From Octopus sinensis (Eukaryota), in the NCBI RefSeq assembly GCF_006345805.1, contig NC_043007.1, forward strand, positions 23,746,001 to 23,810,000: 64,000 nt of DNA. The letters run 5' to 3'. This document shows, piece by piece, positions 35,901 through 47,500 of the stretch. The translations under genes were made by a program, and so were the position numbers. The notes under the pieces are model-generated. The model saw only the letters and a list, made by a program, of their open reading frames with translations, searched no databases and was not told the origin of the DNA. Position 1 is the stretch's first letter; each line of letters opens with the position of its first letter.

Positions 35901-38900
35901 GATAACATAAATTAAATGAGTTTCTAAACTTCTCTACTCTTATTATTAAGTTCTTAGTATTTAACCAAAGTTTTTACTTTTGTCTGAATACTTAATAACC
36001 TCAGTGAATGCACTTACTTAAGCCCTTTGTTCCCTGTGAAGCATTGGCCATCAACAGCTTTTCTTCACTGCCTTGATGCTGAACTGTCCTCTCTCTCCCA
36101 AGTCTTGGCACTTTGTCAGTTATGACAAGTGTTCCAGTTGATCTGACCAACAGAACAGCCTGCTCGTGAAACTAATGTGCAAGTGGCTGAGTACTCCACA
36201 GACATGCGTACTCTTAACGTAGTTCTCAGAGAGATTCAGCATGGCACTCTGAATATAACAAAGCTGGCAACTTTGAATTCCAAGTACAACTCATTTTTGC
36301 CAATTGAGTGAACTGGAGCAACATGAAATGAAGTGTCTTGCTCAAGAACACAGTGTGCCACTGGGAATACTTTGCATTTTTCTAAATAAGTGGTGTTGTC
36401 TCCATGCAAACCCATTTTTACCTTTAAGAAATAGCAGTCCATATTAGTCTGGCATCGGTCCGGACAAATGCCAGCATGGGAAGCCCTACCAGGATCTGGT
36501 GCTCTGCTGGCATAGCTCTGAGGGGTCATTGAGGCACACAAGCTACCACAATGTGACAAAGACTGGACCTCATCGTGGATCATTGAATGTAGCTTTTTAT
36601 CTTAAGTTTTGGGTGTAAATCTTGCTAGTGACGACCAGTTGTATGAGTTTTCCAGTTTTAATCCAACCATGTGTGTCCATTGTTCTGAGCAGCATCAAGT
36701 CAGCATATTCTCTGCTTATCTTCAAGTGACCTGATTTTGTATTGATATGACAAAACAGTTAGGCAGTGAGCTGGTAGAGTTGTTAGCACAATGGGCAAAA
36801 TGTTTTAGCAGCATTTTGTCCGTCCTTACATTCCGAGTTCAAATTCTGCTGGGATCGACTTTGCCTTTCATCCTTTTGGAGTTGATAAAATAAGTACCAG
36901 CTGAGAATTAGGGTTGATTTAATTGACTGAGCCCTGCCCCAAAAAAAAACTGCTGGCCTTGTGTCAAAATTTTGAAGCTGATACAATAATGACTTAATGT
37001 GCAGGTATGGTTGCTTAATAGGTTCACTTTGAAGCTACAGGGTTTTCAGTTCATTCCCACTGTATGCCACTCTGGACATGTGACTTCTACTGTAGCCTAT
37101 GGTCAACCAGTGCTTTGTGGGTGTACTTGGTAGATAAAAACTGCCTGCAAGCATATTTTTCTCTCTCAGTGCTTGACAGCTGGTGTTTGTTTGTTTATAT
37201 TCTCATAACTTAATGGTTCAATAAGAGATGACCTATAAAGTGCCAGATTAAAAATATGTACTGAAGTTGATCAACAAAACCCAAGGTTGTGCTCCAGTAT
37301 GACCACAGTCCATATCAAACCAGTAAAGAACAAAGCAAATATAACAAATTTCAAGACCGCCGTTATTTTAAAACAAGATTTTAAAAATTTGCTGGTGGAT
37401 TGTGGGTACCTCTTCTATTCTTTTACCTGTTTCAGCCATTGGTCTGTGGCCATGCTGGGGCTTGACCCAGGAAGGTTTTTAGTGGTACAGATTGACCTCC
37501 AGTACTTTTTTTTAAAGCCTGGTACCTATTTTATCAGTCTCTATTGCTGGACCTACTAAATTACAGCTAAACAAATGGATAACAGTTGTCAGGTAGTGAA
37601 GGGGTAGAACACACATGCACGCGCATGTCTTCCAAATTCACTTTCAGAGCATTGTTTAGCCTGGGGTTATAGTAGAAGATGCTTACCCAAGGTGCCATGC
37701 AGCAGGCCTGAATCTGAAACTGTGGTTGCAAAGCAAGCTTCTTAAAATTGCACAGCTAAGCCTGCATTTAAAAAGAAAGAAAAAAAAAAAGCAAAAGACA
37801 AAAGTGCACTCACTTAGCTAGTTTGAACCTGCAACCCTCAGATTACTCTCTGACTCATAAGTCTTATGCTCTTTCAACTGAGCAATTTTAGTGGTCATGC
37901 TAGCATGGGTTGGACGATTTTGCCAGCCCTCAGTCAAAATTGTCCAACCCATGCTAGCATGGAAAGCGGACGTTAAACGATGATGATGATGATGTAGTCA
38001 ACGGAGAAAGAATGTTTTAGTGTTAGACATTACAGAGAGAAAGTTAATAGAATTGTGGTCAAATTTTTGATTAGTGCGAGGGAACTTATTTTTGCCTACC
38101 AGCCAGATTGACATTTGAAAAGGACATACTACAAGTTAAAAATTGGAAAATGTTTAATAGTTTTAAAAGGTCTAGACTTTGTTGTTGATTTAAAATATCA
38201 TCTGGAATTTTTTTAATAAAAAAAAAAAAGTTTGCGGCTAGTTTAGGAAAAGAAGGGTAGTATCCATGACCCTTTTTTAGAGTTGCTGGTACTGGTGGGA
38301 GAAAAGGAACAAGTTATCTTTGGACCAAAGAACTGACCCCAAACTCTTTACGAAAGAGTGGGCTTCACTAACGGTGCCTAAGAGCTACTTAGTGGTGTTA
38401 AAGCAGGCAATGGATTAAGCCTACCTTCTGTAACTAGTTGCTCCAGACTCCCACATAATTTGTGTTTGCTGAATTTCACTCTCAAAGCTTGGTTGAAGCC
38501 ATAGTGAAAGGACAATTTAAACTCGATTGCAATGTGATCAAACTGAAAAACCTGTAGTTGCAAAACTAGCCTCTTAACCACACAGCCGTTCCTGCACCCA
38601 TATACTCCAGAGAAAAGATCTTTAATATTAATTTCCTACATTGGAACAAGATCAGGAATTTGTAGGGAAAGAATATTAATCAATTGAATTCACCATCACC
38701 CTACCCACCTGGTACATTACTAATTCTCATTCCATCAACAAAGAGAGATGAAAGATGGCTAGCCCCAGCAAGACTCGATTTTGAGATGTAATTAAATATC
38801 ATAAAGCATATTATCTGCTATTTGACCATTTCTGTACCCCATTATTTTCATATTGATAAAATAATTCTAATGAAGCAAATTTTGGTCCATAGTTATTTAC

Positions 38901-40643
38901 ACAGTTCCAATATTTTTAATTTGTTAGTGTTGAAACACTCCTTGCAGCCAATAAAACCAACTTTGTTGATATCCTCAAAGGATATACTGTAGTTGTTTTT
39001 ATTTTACTGTTTTACATCCATTTATCTTTTTTTCTGACTGGCAATCAATCTTGTCAATGTCACCCAATCCCATTGAGGTGAGCTAATCCCACTGAAGTCA
39101 ACTTTTGTCTTTCATACTTCTGGGATTGGTAAAGTACCTGTCCAGGATTTTGTACTGGTGAAATGATTAACACATTGACTGGGATGCTTTGTAGTATATG
39201 TTCTGGCTCTTCACAGTCTAAGTTCAAATCCCACAGTGGTCTACTTAGGTGGGTGACTTAATCTATTCCATGGTTTAGCACCCCCCCACCCCCCGGCTAA
39301 CTGGCTTCCGTACCAGTGGCACATAAAAGGCACATTTCGAGTGTGATTGTTACCAGCGTCACCTTACTGGCTCCTGTGCCAGTGGCATGTGTAAAATGAT
39401 TTGAGCGAGGTCGTTGCCAGTACCGCCTGACTGGCCTCCATGCCGGTGGCATGTAAAAGCACCCACTACACTCTCAGAGTGGTTGGCATTAGGAAGGCCA
39501 TCCAGCTGTAGAAACTGTGTCAGATCAAGATTGGAGCCTGGTGCAGCCATCTGGTTCGCCAGCCCTCAGTCATATGTCCAACCCATGCTAGCATGGAAAG
39601 AGGACGTTAAACGATGATGATGATGATCTTTCAGTGGAATTAACTCTGTTGCAAGCATTCAGGCCTGGTCTTCACTTTGAAGACTAGGCCTCTCTCCTCA
39701 TCATTCTTAGAGGACCTGTGAAGAGTCATAGGTATGCTTTCTTCTTGACTAAACATAAAAAAAAAAGTCTGTGGTAGGTCTGTTATTTAGATATTTGTAT
39801 AATGTTAGCAAAATTATGATTTGCTGTCTTTCCTCTTGCTAACTTGTTCAGCTGAGAAATAAGACAAAATTCTACTCATTCTATTATGCTCAGCTGAAAT
39901 ACCAGTGTCTCTCTCTCTCTTGAGTACAAAACATTGCCTATATAAGTTGTAAGGTTTGAACTCAAAGCCTCATTAAACATCCTGCATTTTAACCCTTCTG
40001 ATAGCAACCCTCCTGGGACTGCTCTTGCAAGTTATATAAATTAAAACCTTTCTTTGAAATTTTATGTTATTTCAACAAATAGTGGTGCCCCAGCCTTTGG
40101 GTTAGAACATGCAAATAGAGTAACAAAAGTGTTAATCTACTAACCATATTGATAATATAATTATCTCAATTTATTAATCTTAGTTCCTTGTTAATGTGAA
40201 TGATATTTGGAATATTTAGGTGAAGATAATACAGATAAATATTTATTGGAAAAGTAAGCCATTTTCAGAATAATCTAAATGCTTCATAGTTCAGTAGATA
40301 ATATGAAGCACCAGTAGAATGGAGTTTATTTTGGAAGATGACTAATGGTTTGTGATAGGAAGAGTATTTGACAAGCGAGACTCTGCGTCTGATTTGTGCA
40401 AACCTGAGAAATTAGATGTAAAAATTTAAACCACACACACAATGGGCTTCTTTCAGTTTCTGTTTATACTAAATTCACTCCCAAGGCCTTGATTGTTCTG
40501 GAGACATTTGCCCAAGGTACCAAGCAGTGAGACTGAACTTGAGACCCTGTGGTTGGGAAGCAAACTCCTGAACCTCAGACCCATGTCTATGCCTATATGC
40601 ACAGCTACACCTATAACCAGTATACATACTTGTGTTCCTCCTC

Positions 40644-40695
<52 letters not shown>

Positions 40696-41467
40696 AGAAG
40701 TCACGAAAAAGATGAAGACAGGTGGTGTAGAAAACAAAGTGATGTATTAGTATAACGCTCGGGAATTGAAAATGTCTTTTACGTTTTGAGCCTACGCTCT
40801 TTTACAGAAAGAAACAAGGAGAGGAAAAAAATGTGTAGTAGCTACCGATCTATCATGGCAACTAGCCTTTTGGTTTGCCAGTCCTCAGTCAAACTATCCA
40901 ACCCATGCCAACATAGAAAGCGGACATTAGATGATTGATATAGCGCTGCCTCGACTGGCTCTGTGCCGGTGGCACTTAAAAAGCACCATCCGAACGTGGC
41001 TGTTGCCAGTGCCGCCTCGACTGGCTCTGTGCCGGTGGCACATAAAAAGCACCATCCGAACGTGGCTGTTGCCAGCGCCGCCTCGACTGGCTCTGTGCTG
41101 GTGGCACATAAAAAGCACCATCTGAATGTGGCCGATGCCAGCTCCGCCTCGACTGGTTTCTGTGCCGGTGGCACATAAAAAGCACCATCTGAAAGTGGCC
41201 GATGCCAGCGCCACCTTGGCTGGCTTCCGTTCCGGTGGCACGTTAAAAGCACCAACCAATTGTGGCCGATGCCAGACCCCCCCTGGCACCTGTGCAGGTG
41301 GCACGTAAAAAGCACCCACTACACTTGCGGAGTGGTTGGCGTTAGGAAGGGCATCCAGCTGTAGAAACACTGCCAGATCAGACTGGAGCCTGATGCAGCC
41401 CTGGCTTCCCAGACCCCGGTCGAACTGTCCAACCCGTGCTAGCGCGGAAAACGGACGTTAAACGATG

Positions 41468-41518
<51 letters not shown>

Positions 41519-44500
41519 ATAATAGAATCAATAAAGAGAGTGAACTTGTCATGGGAAGCTCCAACATTTTGGACAGTTGACAGAAATAAATGAGACAGCA
41601 GAATTTTACTTCCTCTAAGTTTTTTTTTAAAAGAAAAAACCCTGTTGAATATTGAATTCTTTCCTTTCTTTTGAAAATATATTAAATTTGAATTAATGCA
41701 TTGTAATAGAACTGAACTAAAATGAAAACAAAATACCTCCTGCTGTTGAATCATCCTCACATTCTATTTCTCATTTGAAAACCTCCTACTTTAGCATTAT
41801 TCCTCTTAATGGCAGTGAACAAACATATGAGTAAATATGAACTATTGTTATTGTTGAGTATTTAATTAAATCCATTTGCATTTTCAGTTTAAATCTCACT
41901 GGAGCCGACTTTGCTTTTTTTTTTTTGTTTAAATTTTTTAAAATAAATTATAAATTCAGTAAAAATAATTATCAGTCAAGTTTTGGCATTGATTTTAATC
42001 TGCTGTTCTCTGTCCCAATATGTATGACCTTGTGCTGATACTGAAAAGAAAAAAAATTGAAATTGTTACTGAGGACTGTAGATGGCAACCAGCAGTTTGT
42101 GAGACTAAACACCTCCATTACTACAATGACCTCTACTCCTCAGAATTAGCTATTTGCATATTAGCATCTGACTCATTTTTTTCTCTTCCTTGCTACCAGT
42201 TCTTTTTTTGCTCCTGTCAGTATAGGCACCAATCAAAGGTGGTGAGCTGGCAGAATCGTTAGTATGCTGGGCAAAATGCTTAACGGCATTTCGTCTGCGA
42301 GTTCAAATTCCGCTGAGGTCGACTTTGCCTTTCATCCTTTTGGGGTCGATTAAATAAGTACCAGTTACGCACTGGGGTTGATGTAATTGACTTAATCCAT
42401 TTGTCTGTCCTTGTTTGTCCTCTCTCTGTTTATCCCCTTGTGGGTAGTGAAGAAATAGGTATTTCGTCTCTCTATATTCTGAGTTCAAATTCCGCTGAGG
42501 TCAACTTTGCCTTTCATCCTTTCGGGGTTGAAAATTAAATACCAGTTGCATACTGGGGTTGATCTAATCGACTGCCCCACCTCCTCTCCAAAAACTTTGG
42601 GCCTTGTGCCTAGTGTAGAAAAGAATATATGCACCAATCACTACCTTATACTTCTTTTAGTCATTGTACTATGCATGGCCATGTGGGGGCAGCACCTTGA
42701 AGGGTTTAAAAAAAAAATGGTACTTATTCTCAGTCTCTCTTGTCAGACTACTAAACTACAGGGACAGAAACAACCCAACGCCAGTTGTCAAGTGTTGGGG
42801 TACAAAGACATGCATACATGCACACAGCTTCTGTCTACTAAATTCCCTCACAAGGCATTGGTTGGTCCGGGATTATAGCAGAAGACACTTGCCCAAGATG
42901 CTGCACTGAGGGACTGAACCTGAAACCATATGGTTGCAAAGCAAACTTCTTAACCACACAGCCATGCCTTCCCAATCTTACCTCTTTGTCTTTTTCCTCC
43001 TCTCCAGGCATCAACTTGGAGCTAGCTGGTCTTATACATTCCTTCTACAGAGGAATTCCCATTCCTTTCATCTCCGCTCCTCCTCAACACCCTTGTTGTG
43101 TTCCAACACCCCAAGCCCTGCATTGCTCACTAAACTCAGTCTTCCTCTCTCAGAATTTGGTACCCTGGAATTCTCTCCTTGCTCACATTCTTGCATGTGT
43201 TGGCTTACAAAGGTTCAACAGGAAAAATTAATGGCATTAATATCACCAGTTTAGTGGAGTCCTGCAAAGATCATAGATGCTGTCCCTCCTGTCTGACCCT
43301 GCAAGTTATGGAAGAAGATTTTGGACAAAGTGTTTAGTACAGTCTGGGTGAAGGAAAGCTGCAGATAGTGATGGAAGAATGTATTGAATAAAGTTCAGAT
43401 AGAGATGGAGTAATTAGCTCAGTCTGAGAACCAGAAGCCAATGCTACCATTTTAACATATTAAGATTGCAATTGGGGTATGTTTTATTCAAACATATTTA
43501 GTAGGACTGTAGGTCCTTTATATTAGAGTAATACCTATTTCTTTACTACTCACAAAGGGCTAAACACAGAGAGGACAAACAAGGACCGACAAACGGATTA
43601 AGTCGATTATATCGACCCCAGTGCGTAACTGGTACTTAATTTATCAACCCCGAAAGGATGAAAGGTAAAGTCGACCTCGGCGGAATTTGAACTCAGAATG
43701 TAACAGCAGATGAAATACGGCTACGCATTTCGCCTGGCGTGCTAACGTTTCTGCCAGCTCGCCGCCTTGAGTATTATTAGAGTAATACCACTGAGATTAT
43801 AAGCTGTGTATTATTATTATAGATCCCTTCCAGTCTCAATAGTATCACTTCAATGTAGAAACTGTTGATGTAGGAGTTGGTTTTATAAATTTCAGTTAGC
43901 AATAGATTGCTGTCAAAATGAATTTAGCCTATTTTTGATTGACTAGTTAGCTGAAAGATACAAATCTGATATTTCTTGGTCAGTCGGAATGGTTAACACA
44001 CTTTTTTTTTAATGTTTTACCATTAAAAAGTATTGATTTTACTAGCAATTCATAGTTAATGATATGCCTAGAGGGAAATTTATGAACATCAAGGTATGTA
44101 CTGCAAATAAATCACCCAACCAGTTCATGTAGTAAAATAAATTACTACATGAAACTTTTCACTTAAGGCTTTTATATTTTTGTCATTAAATTTCTGTACA
44201 GTGATTGAATATTTAAATACCTTTATTTTTTGTTTCCTTTTACACCTTTATTTAAATACCTTTATATTTTGTTCTCTTTTACAGATATGCAGATTTTGTT
44301 GGCATAGAATAAGAACAGATGAAAATGGGTTGTGTCCTGCATGTAGGAAGGTACGTTGCTCTCTTTTCTCTCTCTCTGTAAAACGAAACTGTCATTAGCA
44401 GTGTTCACCTAATCATTGATTTACTTGATTTCCTTGCTGCCACCACTTTGGTTAAAGACAGCAATAAATTGATTGTGACCAGTGCCAGACAAGTGTCAAC

Positions 44501-47500
44501 TCTGACCAATTAATTACTTTGGCACTTAGTGATAAGTCCTCTACTACGTTCTGTATTGGAAGGTTGTTGACTCTTTCGTTTATTTCTAACATTTTATTAG
44601 CTGTTAACAACCTGAGTGTAATCATTGAAACAACCTGGTTTCATTGAGTCTTGTTTCAAAAACAAATTCTTTGTTATTTCTAGTCCAGTTTCTTTGCTGC
44701 TTTGAAATTATTTCTGAAGCTCAATGAGTTCTTTAACCCTTTAGTGTTTAAACCGGCCATATCCAGCCTAAATATTCTATATGTGTTACATGCAAACCAG
44801 CTATATCTTGCCTATCAAACCTTAGAGGTGAGTGGGTTAGAGTATTCGACTCATGATTGTAAGATTGTGGTTTCGATTCCTGGACCAGATGATGCATTGT
44901 GTTTTTGAGCAAAAAACTTCATTTCATGTTCCTCCAGTACACTCAGCTGGCAAAAATGAGTAATCGTGCAGTGGACCAAGCACATCAATGTATCTCTGGG
45001 TAAGGGGACTTAATTTTATATATATTTATTGCGGGTGTTATGTTCCAAAACCCCTGCAGTAGCTGAAAATCCACAAAGTAGAAACAGTATTGTACTGTAT
45101 ATTTTTTCATTCATCATCATCATTGTTTAACGGCCGCTTTCCATGCTGGCATGGGTTGGACAGTTTGACTGAGGACTGGCGAGCCAGATAGCTGCACCAG
45201 CCTCCAATCTGATCTGGCAGAGTTTCTACAGCTGGATGCCCTTCCTGATGCCAACCACTCCAAGAGTGTAGTGGGTGCTTTTACGTGCCACCAGCATGAG
45301 GGCCAGTCAGGCGGTACTGGCAATGGCCATGCTCAAATGGTGTTTTTTTACGTGGCACTGGCAACGACCTCGCTCGAATGTTTTTCACATGCCACTGGCA
45401 CAAGTGCCAGTATAAATGCAAAACAACACCAGGGAGGAATTGGCATAAGTTTAGATAATAAACCATGATAGGTGAACTGTGATATGGCAAGGGATAATTG
45501 TATGTGTGTATATATATATATATTATATATATATATATATATATCAAGTTTATCAAACGAGGGATAGAGGAGGAGGGGTGATTGTTAAAATTCAAGTTGG
45601 GGAAAAGTTCTTTATGTAATTGACTAGCTCTTTATCCAGGGGAACATTTCCTTCAGCTCAGCATTAAAGAAATTAGATTAATGTTATGGACTCTTTAAAT
45701 GCCTACTGTTTTGATTTTCTTTCTCTCTTTAATATATATATATAACAAAATTTATGAAATGCACACCAAACTACAAAATCTTATTTCAGCAATACCCTGA
45801 AGACCCTGCAGAATTCAAACCACTCACAGAGGATGAGTAAGTAATGTTCAGAATTATGGAATATTTATTGATGATAAAAAATTTCAAGAGAATTTTATAA
45901 ATCTTTATTCACCTGTATTGTTACAATTGCCAGCGATGGGTTGGTTACCTTTAAAGTATACTCTCTTAATCTGGAATCAAATGATGAAAAACTTCTATTC
46001 TGACATTGAAATATAAGAAGATTGATCTAAGATCATTGTCGTAGTATCTCCCTATTTAGGATGGAATTCTTGTTTGGAAGAATTCCAAATGGAAATTACC
46101 AATCGGAATGAAATGTTTGTACATAAGGAGCTCAATAAAGTTGTTAGGAATTTCCATGGTGTTTTGTATAGAGATAATTGCTAAGTTAGCTTAGAGGTTA
46201 TGTGAGAATCTATTGACTAAAGCATTTCTAGAAACAGCATTGTCCTGACGTTGCATTGGCTGTTGGGTACCCTAATATTTCTTAAACAACTTTCTTGAAG
46301 CGTCTATTCTAACACATAAGATTCATGTTTATTTTATTTTTACATGGCTTTTTAAGTATTTATGTGCCTACATTGACACCAGTTGGTTTCCCAGATGGAT
46401 GAAATAATTTTACTATTGTAAGCAGATCAGGCCGAAAATGTCGCTAGAAGCTAGGATCACCAAGCATAGATTGGCATATTTCAGTCATATTATGCGGAGA
46501 AAATCCCTGGAGAAGGACATCATGCTCGGAATGGTCAGTGGCAAGAGAGGAAGAGGCCGACCAAGAACCCGCTGGCTTGACACCATCAAGAGTGACACGG
46601 GAATGGCCATAGCCAATCTGAAAGAAGCGGTTCAGGATAGAACTGACTGGAGGACACTGATCCAACGAGTAACCGAGAGTCGACTTCGACTGAGCGGATA
46701 GATAGATTGATAGATAGATAGATTGTAACTTTCATTTCATGTACTGTAGACATTTTGGTTGTTGTTCATAAAAGTTTTATTCAGATATATTTAGCTAGCC
46801 TGAAATTTTCATTTTAGGTATTTTCCCTTGTATTTGTTATAAATCACAGATTATTTTTTAGAATTCTTTAAACCATTTTTTTTTTATATTGCAAAGCAAA
46901 ATTATTTTAGACACCATTACTTAATCTTCGTAGAGCATCAATCTCAAAATAAGAGTTGTGGGTATCTATATCGTTTGTGTGTGTGTGTGTTCTGATAGTG
47001 AAAATGTCACCACACCCAACAATTCTAACTAACCTACTTTATGTTAGCACTATGCAATGGCAGCAAAAGTGGCTTGATTAGTTGATTGTCCTAACTTTTA
47101 AGACAATCATGTTAATTAAGGCAATTTATTTTATCATAGCAGTCTTTCAAAATGCCATTTACTTTTCATTGTTATGGTCATAAAAATAGCAATAGATGAA
47201 AACTTTGCAAGCCATTGATATTTCTTGACACTGCACTACAAAAATCCTTTCTGAGTCATTTTGAAATTTTCAGCATTTTTTAAAAAAATGGCTTCAAATA
47301 AGTAACAAAGTGACTCTAGAGAAACATAGCTAGACTGACTATAGATATGCAATTTGAATGAATTGCATGGTGCCTTGGGCAAGTATCTTCTTCAATATCT
47401 GGAGGTTAGCCAAAACCCTGTGAGTGGATTTGCAAGATGAAAATTGAAAGAAACTGCCCCCCCCCCCTTCGATGTTTCCTTGTCTTGTCATTGCACGGTA

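Noticed and set aside
40842-41370. Overlapping 60-157 aa ORFs on both strands
   Set aside because: They arise from the 66-bp (multiple of 3) GC-rich repeat of family D.
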